Shown here in pieces: positions 35,051 through 45,052 of a stretch of 54,675 nucleotides of DNA; positions within the stretch are counted from its first letter, which is position 1, and each line of letters starts with the position of its first letter. The stretch is from a virus (lineage: Duplodnaviria; Caudoviricetes). The notes beneath the pieces were generated by a model. It did no database searches, was not told the origin of the DNA, and saw only the letters and a list, made by a program, of their open reading frames with translations. The stretch lies in the IMG/VR virus record IMGVR_UViG_3300030333_004255, positions 1 through 54,675 of that record; one strand, given 5' to 3'. The translations under genes and the position numbers were made by a program.

Positions 35051-37890
35051 AACGTATCTCCCAGCAAAATTCGTTTGCCCTGCTCGAACATATTCCCAAT
35101 TTCGTTATCGCTAAAACTTTTTCCGATGTAGAGTCTAGGCATCGCAATCTGTCCACCGCTAGGGCTTGTCGCGCTAGCTGACCCGTTAATGTAAGCCGTG
35201 CCTGCGTCCGTCATATCTCCGAAGCCCGTTGAATTAGTGCCGGTGTTGAAGCTTGCATCTGTGATTCTTCGCCAGTGCCATTTTTGGGATGTAGCACCGA
35301 GCCGCTGAAGTGCGACAAAATGCCAAGCCCCGTCTGTCACCGTGCCACTTGCAGGTGCCGGGTAGATAGCAACCTCACCGCTCCCCGCGCCTTTTGGTTT
35401 CCAGAGGATATTGTTGGTTGCGCTAGCGTAGATTCGCATCCCGTAGGAGTTCGTGCTGCCACGTATGTCCCAGAAGTAGTGAGTAGACCCGCCGCTTAGA
35501 TGCGTAGTGCGTAACCAAAATGCTACACAGTATTCGCCGGTGCCCCACGTCGGGCAATCGTGCTTTAGATAGCCTTGGAGTTGAGTTGAGTTTACGTTTT
35601 GCATGAACGGGAAATTAATCTTTGACGAGCCTACGGTTTTGGTTGTTATGGCCCCAAAAGTGGACAGGCCAGCCGTAGTTCCTTCTGGGGCAGTTGCCAT
35701 GTTAGGAGCACCGTAGACGGTCATGTCATCGGAGCCCTCAAGGTCAGAACACGTAACCGGGTTATCAGTCCGCCAAAGATGCTGTAACGCGGAACTCTGA
35801 TCGTAATTCCCAATATCGGATCGAATGTCTGCACCCTTACCAGCCGAGTGAATTGCTGCCACTGAGTCAGCATCAAGGGCGGCATTCCAAAGCCCGACAT
35901 CAGTAATCAATCCGTCGAATTGAGTGGCCGCCTGGAGCCCTGAACTGTAGTAGCGAGCACCGATACGAACAATATTAAGATCGTTTGCCGATGTGTCAGA
36001 ACGAGAACGGGTATTGCAGTTAGTGTCAGAGCCGTTGATATAGAGTTTGTACTCGCTTGTCGTGGATGTCACCACAATATGAAACCATTGACCGAATGCA
36101 ATAGAACCAGACCAAAGGTCCGTAGCGCTGGATACACCAACGCCCTCGATATTTATGTACTCAACAGCCGTTTGGCTGGATGAGCCAAAGTCAATGGTGA
36201 TCCCATTTTGATAATCGTTAGATGAGCCATCGTGCGCCGATATGATGCTAGGATAATTCCCGGCGCTATCGAACGCACACACCCAAGCGCTGAATGTGAA
36301 CGTCGCGGTGCTTAGGCTCGTGTCCGAAGACTGGAGATAATCGCCGCTTGATGCCCCGGCAAGATAGATCAAAGAGCTAGAGCTTTGAAGTCCTAATTGA
36401 GGACACGGGGTAGGCTCCGCAAAAGACATGCCGCAGTTATCAGCAATTAAATGTTTATCATTGCCGGAGCAATCCTGAGCAAAAAGACCGTTTAAGTTGT
36501 TTGCTCCGCCTATGTCAAAATCGGACAGAGGGTACCACCGCTTCAGGTTCGAAGCGCTAGCGCCAGTCGGTAAAATTTGCTCGGGGTTTTTGTACTGCTC
36601 AAGCGCCTGCGCTGCCGTAAAGGCAATATCGAACATTTTAACGTGGGCAATTTTTCCGCTGAACGCTTGAAGAGGAGAGCCTGAGTTGTAGCGGTAACCA
36701 ATCTCGAACGTGTTGTCGGTCCCGCCATATGCCAGCGATGGCGCGGCACTATACTCTTTCCCATCAACATAAAGCTTGATCGTTGTTGAGTCTTTATCGA
36801 AGGTTGTGGCGACGTGATACCATTTCCCAGCTTGCAACACGCTCCCCGTGGAAACCTTCACATGAGTTGACGCTGCATAATAAGCAATAGCAGCAATCTC
36901 GTTGGTGCCTGTTCTGTAGATTGCGAGGTTGTTTGATACGTTGGCCTTGGTGTTGCCTACGATTGTTGTGTTGCCACCACTTAAAGAATCAGCGTTGAAC
37001 CAACAAGAGAGGGTCGTAGTATCACCTGATCCGTTGATGTCGAATGTCGTTGTCCCGCGAAGTCCGTCACCCGTTCCGTCAAAGTCGAAGGCTCGCCCAG
37101 AAACTACGTCAGCGTCTAGGCGCGTCCCCGTCAAGTCGAAGCCGTTTGGCAAACGAGCGCAATCGCCGACTAACACCGATCCGTTGTTTGTCCCGTTCTG
37201 ATTCCCCGTGCTGTCGTTGTAGTCATCATCAAGCAGGTAGTAGAGCGAAGGAGTTACGACCGCAGCCGTCGCCGTGTAGCTCGTAGCCAGCATGATAGAA
37301 CGGACCTGTGCTTGAGTGAGAACCGTCCCCTTGTAGATTCCCACATTGCAAAGACACCCACCAAAGTTCTGATTCGCGCCTGAGTAGCTTGCTCCCAAAA
37401 TGAGATCTTCGTCAGGGTCAATAGAGCCGCTGATAGAGGATATATCCGTGGTTTTGTCTAGTTGACCATCGACATAGCAGAGAAGGTTAGAACTACGATC
37501 AATGGTGAAAGCGAAGTGGTGCCAAACCCCGTCATTCACAACCGCCGTCCCATCAACGTCGCCAGTCTTGTTTGAGCCGTCTACTTGAATCGAGCAACGG
37601 GTTACCCCGTCGCCTTTGAACCCAAAACGATAGCCGTCATAGGTAGAGGCTCCGTCTTGTTTCGACACACAAAAGTGTTCTGCGGTCCCTGTAGTCTTCG
37701 CCCAATAGACCACGCTAAAATTACCTGTGGTCATTTGACTGTTAGCGTGATCTCCGCAGTTTACGAAATCATCGGTATCGTCAAAGAACGCGCTCCCCGT
37801 ACTAACAAAGCGAGGAGCGGTATCAAGACGCAAGTCAACGTTGAGTCCCGTTTTGGGATATACAAAACCTGCATCGGGACTCGGTATCAT
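35047..37890 (-). CDS. Virion protein with four LamG/ConA-like domains
   Basis: Four WHH/WYH/WFH/WHF..LYVDG-type repeats. Confidence 0.88.
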   Translation of the reverse strand: MIPSPDAGFVYPKTGLNVDLRLDTAPRFVSTGSAFFDDTDDFVNCGDHANSQMTTGNFSVVYWAKTTGTAEHFCVSKQDGASTYDGYRFGFKGDGVTRCSIQVDGSNKTGDVDGTAVVNDGVWHHFAFTIDRSSNLLCYVDGQLDKTTDISSISGSIDPDEDLILGASYSGANQNFGGCLCNVGIYKGTVLTQAQVRSIMLATSYTATAAVVTPSLYYLLDDDYNDSTGNQNGTNNGSVLVGDCARLPNGFDLTGTRLDADVVSGRAFDFDGTGDGLRGTTTFDINGSGDTTTLSCWFNADSLSGGNTTIVGNTKANVSNNLAIYRTGTNEIAAIAYYAASTHVKVSTGSVLQAGKWYHVATTFDKDSTTIKLYVDGKEYSAAPSLAYGGTDNTFEIGYRYNSGSPLQAFSGKIAHVKMFDIAFTAAQALEQYKNPEQILPTGASASNLKRWYPLSDFDIGGANNLNGLFAQDCSGNDKHLIADNCGMSFAEPTPCPQLGLQSSSSLIYLAGASSGDYLQSSDTSLSTATFTFSAWVCAFDSAGNYPSIISAHDGSSNDYQNGITIDFGSSSQTAVEYINIEGVGVSSATDLWSGSIAFGQWFHIVVTSTTSEYKLYINGSDTNCNTRSRSDTSANDLNIVRIGARYYSSGLQAATQFDGLITDVGLWNAALDADSVAAIHSAGKGADIRSDIGNYDQSSALQHLWRTDNPVTCSDLEGSDDMTVYGAPNMATAPEGTTAGLSTFGAITTKTVGSSKINFPFMQNVNSTQLQGYLKHDCPTWGTGEYCVAFWLRTTHLSGGSTHYFWDIRGSTNSYGMRIYASATNNILWKPKGAGSGEVAIYPAPASGTVTDGAWHFVALQRLGATSQKWHWRRITDASFNTGTNSTGFGDMTDAGTAYINGSASATSPSGGQIAMPRLYIGKSFSDNEIGNMFEQGKRILLGDTL

Positions 37891-38132
37891 TATTCTTCCT
37901 CTTTAGGCGCGGACTCAATCACGCTGTGTTTTCCGCCATCTTCCATGTGAGTTTTCAACGCGTCGATAGAGTTAGTCATAATCTCTTCGACGCCAGCAAG
38001 CGGAAGGCTTACGACGAAACCGACTTCAAGATCTGGCGAAAAGCATTGAGCGTTGATCACGCCTTTTACTTCGCCGATTTCAAGATCTTTCTGGATTACA
38101 ATTTCAACTCTGTCGAGTCTTTTCTCTGCCAT
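37890..38132 (-). CDS. Small tail-fibre-associated protein (paralogue of 38135..38395)
   Basis: Shares the I..KD...SLP...M..GG..V.E pattern. Confidence 0.65.
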   Translation of the reverse strand: MAEKRLDRVEIVIQKDLEIGEVKGVINAQCFSPDLEVGFVVSLPLAGVEEIMTNSIDALKTHMEDGGKHSVIESAPKEEE

Positions 38133-38134
38133 AA

Positions 38135-38395
38135 TTATTCCCCGTCACCTTCCTCTGGAGGAGGTGGTGTTGCTTCGGTCACAGTAAACCCGCCCTCAGC
38201 CATCGCTGTTTCTACCTTAGAAACGATGTCTGGAAGCACGCTTGCCACGTTCGATTCTGGTAATGAAATAAACTGATTGCTTTTAGTTCCGAACTCGACG
38301 GCCTTGTAATGACCTCGCGCCGATACGCTAATCGAATCAGTTGTGAAATCTTTGATCACTGTGATCTGGATTTGCTGGATTTCTTTGGTCGCCAT
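38135..38395 (-). CDS. Small tail-fibre-associated protein
   Basis: Start MATKEI after AAGGGAG. Confidence 0.65.
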   Translation of the reverse strand: MATKEIQQIQITVIKDFTTDSISVSARGHYKAVEFGTKSNQFISLPESNVASVLPDIVSKVETAMAEGGFTVTEATPPPPEEGDGE

Positions 38396-38408
38396 TTGCG
38401 AATCTCCC

Positions 38409-40841
38409 TTATGCGTACGCTTGCCCAATTACTGACGCGTAGATCATTTCATTACCAGAGGTGTCATGCGTTAGAACGAACTGGACTATATCGAATGCCT
38501 GATCGCCCGTGCTCATTGTGTGCTTAACACCACCAGCCCATTTGATTGTCACGTTGCCTAGAGAACCAGTACCGTAGCCCGTAAATGCAGCAGCGGTTGA
38601 AGGATAAGTGATAGTGTAAGCCGCCCCACCGCTCGTATCTCTTTGCTGCAAAATGCAAGTCCTGGTCTGGTAAGTACCTTGGGCAGGGTAGAAGTGAATT
38701 TTCATCGTAGTGATATCTGCCGTCAATTGATGCTCATTGCAGTCACCAGTATGGCAGACCATAATCAACTCACCGCTACTTTGAGTCAGCCCGTTTGTGT
38801 CGTCAAACGTTGCCCGGACACCACCAGCGCCTAAGACTTCAAAGGATATAGTGTCATCCGCTTTTCGGATGTCGATACCTTTGCTGCCAAATGTTCCACT
38901 GGTCCCGCTGGCGAATGCAGTTTTTAGGTTTAACTCTTTGAACCCATTGGATTCTGTCCCCAAAGCGCAAACACCGTCGCCAGCCGTCGAAAGACTTTCT
39001 ACGAGGTTGTTACCAATCACCGCCGAATTGGCTGCCGAAGTTACGACATTGTACCCGATCGCGATCTGGTTATCGAGTGTGGCAGCGCAATCGCTTTCGC
39101 TACCGATACTAATGTTTTGATTGCCCGAGGTGATTGTGTTACCGGCCCGGTAGCCCATGATAGTGTTGTCGTCACCACCGCTAATCTCCGTCCCAGCCGC
39201 GCTTCCCATAATCGTGTTATTGCTCGCCGCACTCCCACTGGTCATAATCATGCGACCGAAACAGACGTTGCTGCTAGAGGCCCCGGTGTTGTGCATAACT
39301 GATTGACCGAAAAGAACGTTACTGTTCCCAGTCGTATGAAGTCCAAGCTTAGTCCCAAAACCAGTGTTCTCGGTTTGAGAATTGTCGTCGTTGCTAAAAA
39401 GCGAGTTCCCTAATTTCAAACCTGTGTCGTCGTCTGCGCCCAAATGGAATTGCTGATCGTTGATACGTTTGAACAAATCCTTGCCGTCGCCCGTCTGAAA
39501 TCGAAACGCCGGAGGATCTGTGTACATAGTCGAGTTATCAGTAGGTGTTCCACTAATGGCTGAATCAAGCGTTAATGCTGTGTCGCTTTGGATGGATGCG
39601 ACTGTAAAAGTCTCCGTTCCACCGTCCGTAGTAATTTTGATTGCCGAACCCCAGTTCAGCTCGTTCTTGAAGTCAGTCCCGTCACCGACAAGGCTAGTGC
39701 CCGAGCTAGAAGAGTCTAGGTGCCCTGTCAAAGCTTCGTTCAAAGTACCCTTAACGTCGAGAATAGCAGCAGGAGCATTAGTGTTGATTCCAATTTTGTC
39801 TGCACTAGCATCACAGTGCAGCATGTTGGCTACATTTGCGGATGAATAGTTAAAGTTGCAGTCATGCTGTTGCTCATTGAATAAAACAAACCCGTCTGAC
39901 CCAGCCCTTGCGCTTAAACGGTGCTGGTTTTTAACCTTAGCGCCCGCAGCGTTCGTACCGTACAGACTGATAGCACCAGCCGCACTATCATAAGTCTCCA
40001 TACGAATCGCGAGATGATCTGTATCGGTCTTGAACCCTATTAAGTCTTCATGGGTAGAACTGGCTTTTACGTGAAATTTATAAGCAGGGCTTGATTCGTT
40101 GATCCCTACATTACCGGAGCCGTCGATAGTTAAACGATCTCCACCCGCTGTCTTAAAACGCATCTTATCAGTGTTGTGGTGATAACCGATCAAGCCTACG
40201 TCATTTGTGGCAGGGTCTACAAAGTTTAAACTAGCTTCATAGCTGGATGTGGTGCAAATCGAGATTCCTGTATTGCCAGAACCCTCGACAATGAGATCGT
40301 CGGCATTGGCGGTCACATCTGTGACTGTAGAATTGCCAGTCATGATGTGGAGGGAGCCCTTCGGGGCTACATCCATAACAGCCGTTTCACCACCTGTAGA
40401 AATCTGTCCAGCTGAATGGATCCTGAGATATTCAGTTAGCGATGAGCCGTCGTTTGCTTGAAAGACAATCTTGCCTTTACTGTCGTCAGCTGACCCGTCG
40501 TGAGAAACTTGAACCCGAGCCATAGTCACCGCAGCAGGAGAACCCCCTCCGGTTCTCAAACCCGTGAAGTCCATTTGGGATTCGCGTCCGTTGTCGCTGT
40601 CTTCGGCTGTGCTGTTATCGAATGTCAAAGTGGGGCTGGCGTTCTCGATCTCGACATCACCCACCGAAATGACTGAAGCACCACCGCCTGCGAGAATTAG
40701 TTTCTCCGCAGAGTCAGTTGTATCTATCTCAATATAATCTGCACCATCAGCAGATTCAATTAATACTGAGGGATCTGTATTGTCATCTATACTAGAGGTA
40801 CCTGCAACACCACTTTGTTGGAAGTCACTAAAACCTGCCAT
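38409..40841 (-). CDS. Tail fibre protein
   Basis: GNVGIN..P repeats, autotransporter-head-like N..G..AG repeats and C-terminal IKWAGG...DIV. Confidence 0.85.
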   Translation of the reverse strand: MAGFSDFQQSGVAGTSSIDDNTDPSVLIESADGADYIEIDTTDSAEKLILAGGGASVISVGDVEIENASPTLTFDNSTAEDSDNGRESQMDFTGLRTGGGSPAAVTMARVQVSHDGSADDSKGKIVFQANDGSSLTEYLRIHSAGQISTGGETAVMDVAPKGSLHIMTGNSTVTDVTANADDLIVEGSGNTGISICTTSSYEASLNFVDPATNDVGLIGYHHNTDKMRFKTAGGDRLTIDGSGNVGINESSPAYKFHVKASSTHEDLIGFKTDTDHLAIRMETYDSAAGAISLYGTNAAGAKVKNQHRLSARAGSDGFVLFNEQQHDCNFNYSSANVANMLHCDASADKIGINTNAPAAILDVKGTLNEALTGHLDSSSSGTSLVGDGTDFKNELNWGSAIKITTDGGTETFTVASIQSDTALTLDSAISGTPTDNSTMYTDPPAFRFQTGDGKDLFKRINDQQFHLGADDDTGLKLGNSLFSNDDNSQTENTGFGTKLGLHTTGNSNVLFGQSVMHNTGASSSNVCFGRMIMTSGSAASNNTIMGSAAGTEISGGDDNTIMGYRAGNTITSGNQNISIGSESDCAATLDNQIAIGYNVVTSAANSAVIGNNLVESLSTAGDGVCALGTESNGFKELNLKTAFASGTSGTFGSKGIDIRKADDTISFEVLGAGGVRATFDDTNGLTQSSGELIMVCHTGDCNEHQLTADITTMKIHFYPAQGTYQTRTCILQQRDTSGGAAYTITYPSTAAAFTGYGTGSLGNVTIKWAGGVKHTMSTGDQAFDIVQFVLTHDTSGNEMIYASVIGQAYA

Positions 40842-41251
40842 TAGAATCCTCCCAGAATTGCGGACACCGTAGCTTTGTCGTTAGCGTTGGGAGAGCCAGT
40901 AGCCACAACATTAGCTAGGCGGAAGTTTTTGGCGTTGACTTCGAAGTTGATCACAAAGCTTACAGTCGAAGACGATACCTTCTTAAACAACATGTCGGAC
41001 ATTGTAAGTGTGCCAGACGACAATGCTGAGGTTTGCAACGTGTAGAACGTGGAACCGTCGTCACTAGCTTCGATGTTAAACTGGATACCAGTGCCAGCGT
41101 TGCGAGTGTAGGTCACGTAAAGGCTGACCTGGTTGTGATTGGCGCAATCGATAGATGTGCCTGCTGCAACCGCACTGTTAATAGCTGTAGCGTTGAATCC
41201 TGTAGCGGTAGCTGCTACAGGTTTAGTTAGTTTCAGTCCTCTTACTGCCAT
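40841..41251 (-). CDS. Small beta-sandwich virion protein
   Basis: 136 aa, Ser/Thr/Ala-rich, EASDDG turn; lies between tail genes. Confidence 0.65.
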   Translation of the reverse strand: MAVRGLKLTKPVAATATGFNATAINSAVAAGTSIDCANHNQVSLYVTYTRNAGTGIQFNIEASDDGSTFYTLQTSALSSGTLTMSDMLFKKVSSSTVSFVINFEVNAKNFRLANVVATGSPNANDKATVSAILGGF

Positions 41252-41416
41252 TGTTATTCTCCCCCGCCGCCCATGTATTCCAGTGAAAGTGTAGCATTAT
41301 CTGCAACGTACATCCAGATTGTAATTTAGAGCAACAGTATTTAATCCATTCTATTTGTCGGCCAGGGAAATCACCGGGGTTGGACCCCCCTGGCCTAGCC
41401 CCCTCTAAGGGGAGCG

Positions 41417-44400
41417 TTAGTCGATTTGTTTGCCCTGGAATACACAAAGTATTCCACCGTTATCAAAGGTCATTGTTTTTGCGGTGGTGTTTGTAACTAC
41501 CACTTTAATTAGATCGTTTTTATATATACTAACTGGACCTGAGTTTAAATTAAACAAAGTAAAAGTAGTTGTACCGTTGTATGAAAAATCCCCTGATATA
41601 GCCGCATAACTCACACCCGCATTAGTGCTTCTTTGGATTTCAACAGTAGACAGTAAATTAGAGTCAACAGCGTGTGTAGTTTTGATTCGTACAGAAAACT
41701 CATAAATCCCATCTCTGGGTACAGTATATACCCCTGTCGAGGCGTTATAACCTTCCCCTATATCAAAAGAGGGTGCATTGGCTTTGTCATCAAACACTAC
41801 AGTGTAGGAGGCTGAGGCTGCTACAGTGGGGGCAGAGGCGGCACGCACTGCTGCTCTAAAACTAGGAGTAGCATTAACCAGGCGGGCGTCATTGATGTAC
41901 ATGTTCCCGGTGTTATTGGCCCTAGTGAATACAAACTTGCACCACTTGGTAGCCGAGTTAAGCTTGAAGGCTTTGGTCATCTCGGTCCAAGTAGTTACGT
42001 TTAGCGTGGTGGACAAATCATTCTCTAGGGTATGGTTTGCAGGGGTTGTGCTTTTATCCCCTTGATATTCATACACTTTCATACTGAAGTCAGCACCTGT
42101 GTTATCTGTTAACACATTCGCTAAAGCTCTAACCACCCCACCAGCTGGGACAGGGAACAGATCAGTTTCTATGGATGCTGAAGACGAAGTACCTGACGGG
42201 CTCTTGATAGACGCTACGCCATTTAAAACCAGGTTGTTGCCGTGACCTAACTCTCTTTGAAAATCAGTACCCCAAGTCCCTGATGTTACATTGAAACCAA
42301 AAGGTGCTCGATGGTTGGACTGAGCCGAACCAGAATTTTCGATATGCTCATGCCAGCTGCCGATATCCCCAAACGGGTTATACTGCACCATGTCAGAATA
42401 GTTGGCGTCACGATGCGATGCGTTATTCCCCCGAGCTACAAATGTAACGACATTACTCATAGGGGTGTTTACGACACTAGATGAAGCGTCCTGTGTATCA
42501 GGGTTAATAGACAGGGTTCGAACTCTTTGGCAGCAGGCAAAGTAATACGTTGTTCCCGGTATCAAACCAGCAACAGTAAACGTAGAGCCTCCGGTACCTA
42601 CATAGGTACCCCCTTGCTCAAAAGGAGTGTGGTCATTTTGAACCGCGTTAGATACCAAAGCCCCTGAACTTGTAGACATAAAATAATGCCCACCTACATC
42701 CCACATATTTCGTACCTGTGTAGAGTGCTCTATAGCTGGGCTCATGTTCAGTGTTGCGGTATTGCCTCCCCCATTAAGTAACCCTCTGCCACCAGTTACT
42801 GCAATAGATGTAATATCTATGGAGCCCGAACCAGAAGGCAATGCGTTAGCCAATGTGAAGTAATAGTTATCAGCAGTGCCATCGTTGTAAAAACTAGAGG
42901 TAGTTACAGATTCTACAATGTTAGTATGAGTCTGTGTACCACTATCTGTATAGGTTAGGGTAACCTCCCTACCAGGGAACACTTCGCTTATCAGAGCATT
43001 CCTAGCGGCATCGTTTCTAGTGATCACCTTTTTAGCTGAGTCACCTTTAGTAAACTTGTACAGACCTGTAAGGTTGTAGTTCGACACTGCGGCAACGCTG
43101 GCATCCGCCACAACTTCTAGAACTGGGGCATCTAAATCTGTGTAGGTTACAGAAGATGTGGCACCTCTTAACCAACTATTAATACCTCCAGATGGTTTAC
43201 CTCTACAGGTCATAGAGGTAGTAGCCCCGCTACCAGAGATAGAGTGTTTCAAACTGTATAAAGCCAGGGATTGATCTGAAGTATAGTGGTCGTCGTTGGC
43301 TTCAAACTTATAGTAATCCCCTACCTCAGCAGCCCAGAAGTATGGCATTTCTACCTCTTGGACTATTTCAGGATCTTGCAAATCCTTTAAAGCCATACGA
43401 GCTAGACGGTCTGCTTCTACCTGTGTACCGATCATTGAGAGGGTGCCTTCGTTACCAGCAAGCCGCATAGATCTTCTTCCGTACTTAGCTATCGACGAAG
43501 CATTCTCTGCGTCCACATGTCTCCGGTTGGAAGCTACCCACTCATCCCCATCTCGAATCGTTTCGTTATAATGAACCCTGACATGGTTTCTAATCCTAGC
43601 CTGGCTTACCGATACAGATTCAACATTGTAGTACAAGGAAGGGTTAAAGGTAAAATCAACGTTAGTTGAAACCCTGTCTCTGTGTGGCAAAAATAAAGTA
43701 GGGACAAAAGCACCGTCAGATGTAGCATCTATAGCATTACCAGTATCTACTTCATCGTTCCACTTGAACCTAAAATCCCATCCAATCTCATTAGCAACTT
43801 CTCGACAGGCATTCATAAGGTTCTTGTCAATCACCTTGAAGTTGTGAGTAGGGATATATTGGGGCCTCTCATCAATAGTAAAAGAATCTCCAGACCTATT
43901 ACCCCCACCAACCAACTGGTCTTGCACTTTCATGGAAGTGTCACTGGTAATCTCATCCACTATTGTAGCGAAAGGTGTCCCACCAGAATCTAAAGTAACG
44001 CCCTGACCTACAGCCAACTCGGTTGTAAATTTCGTACTTGATCCGGTAACAACATTTGTATCTTCATTTATAGATATAGTACCCGTACCAGTTTTAGCCG
44101 ATACAGTGTTAGAGGAGAGTAGACTGGTATCATCCCCTGTCTCTGTATAGAGGTAGTAGTCTACATTGTTATGTGTATAGACTGCGGTACCGTCAGCAGC
44201 TGTAGTGTAAGCCTCGTTGTTCGAAGCCATAATTTGCTGGATAATTTGAATAAGGCTTAATGTATTACCAGTATCTACCCCACCGTTACCGTAACTTGTG
44301 AACTCACCGCCACTATCTCTGGGTGGGTAAATCATCCACCAGTCTTGGTACCTGCCCCCTAAATCCCTACAATTTATACTTACAATAGAGTCACCCCAAT

Positions 44401-45052
44401 CGATGTCATCTATGTAACCTCGGAACACTTCTTTCCAATCACTAGATCTGGGGGATTGGTCCATAGCTGTAGTAGCCGTCTCAATAACTATTTTACTTGC
44501 GATATCTAAAGCAGGGGAAGATACACCGTAATTCAAATTTGGAATGGACGATGGAGCCAGAGGGGCCAGATTTAATTCTTCGACTTGTCTAACCAAATTA
44601 ATAGAAGCAGTCCTTACGGGGTTATCCAAATCATCAGTAATCTCTACTGACTCTATCCAGTTAAACCCTCGATAATCAGACAGGTCTATGATGTTGGAAC
44701 CAGAGTTTTGAACTATATCTAAACTGGAGCCAGCAGTCATATCCTCAGTAACAGTTAGAGAAGTGTTCGAATCTATTGCAGATACAACCCTGCTTTCAGA
44801 CCCTACGGTAATCTCAGAACCTACTGATAACTGTTCTAAAAACTTACTACCTGTTGCCGTAAGTGTTGTTAAAGACCCACCCGCCACTACCCCTGAACCA
44901 CTACCAGTTAGGGTTTGACTCGTTGACCGGAAGTTCCCTGTGTACGCATTACCGTTAGTAACAGGACTAGACCTATCCACCCGCACCCGTACATGCACTG
45001 ACCTGTTGGCAGATTGATGGATGTTAGTTTGTGCTGTCGTTAAGGTTCTCAT
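41417..45052 (-). CDS. Tail hub/Tal-like protein with CBM-like and C-terminal C1q-like domains
   Basis: 1211 aa after the Dit-like pair; VFRGYID, SIAKYGRR and C1q-like YNASTGVYTVPRDGIYEF. Confidence 0.8.
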   Translation of the reverse strand: MRTLTTAQTNIHQSANRSVHVRVRVDRSSPVTNGNAYTGNFRSTSQTLTGSGSGVVAGGSLTTLTATGSKFLEQLSVGSEITVGSESRVVSAIDSNTSLTVTEDMTAGSSLDIVQNSGSNIIDLSDYRGFNWIESVEITDDLDNPVRTASINLVRQVEELNLAPLAPSSIPNLNYGVSSPALDIASKIVIETATTAMDQSPRSSDWKEVFRGYIDDIDWGDSIVSINCRDLGGRYQDWWMIYPPRDSGGEFTSYGNGGVDTGNTLSLIQIIQQIMASNNEAYTTAADGTAVYTHNNVDYYLYTETGDDTSLLSSNTVSAKTGTGTISINEDTNVVTGSSTKFTTELAVGQGVTLDSGGTPFATIVDEITSDTSMKVQDQLVGGGNRSGDSFTIDERPQYIPTHNFKVIDKNLMNACREVANEIGWDFRFKWNDEVDTGNAIDATSDGAFVPTLFLPHRDRVSTNVDFTFNPSLYYNVESVSVSQARIRNHVRVHYNETIRDGDEWVASNRRHVDAENASSIAKYGRRSMRLAGNEGTLSMIGTQVEADRLARMALKDLQDPEIVQEVEMPYFWAAEVGDYYKFEANDDHYTSDQSLALYSLKHSISGSGATTSMTCRGKPSGGINSWLRGATSSVTYTDLDAPVLEVVADASVAAVSNYNLTGLYKFTKGDSAKKVITRNDAARNALISEVFPGREVTLTYTDSGTQTHTNIVESVTTSSFYNDGTADNYYFTLANALPSGSGSIDITSIAVTGGRGLLNGGGNTATLNMSPAIEHSTQVRNMWDVGGHYFMSTSSGALVSNAVQNDHTPFEQGGTYVGTGGSTFTVAGLIPGTTYYFACCQRVRTLSINPDTQDASSSVVNTPMSNVVTFVARGNNASHRDANYSDMVQYNPFGDIGSWHEHIENSGSAQSNHRAPFGFNVTSGTWGTDFQRELGHGNNLVLNGVASIKSPSGTSSSASIETDLFPVPAGGVVRALANVLTDNTGADFSMKVYEYQGDKSTTPANHTLENDLSTTLNVTTWTEMTKAFKLNSATKWCKFVFTRANNTGNMYINDARLVNATPSFRAAVRAASAPTVAASASYTVVFDDKANAPSFDIGEGYNASTGVYTVPRDGIYEFSVRIKTTHAVDSNLLSTVEIQRSTNAGVSYAAISGDFSYNGTTTFTLFNLNSGPVSIYKNDLIKVVVTNTTAKTMTFDNGGILCVFQGKQID

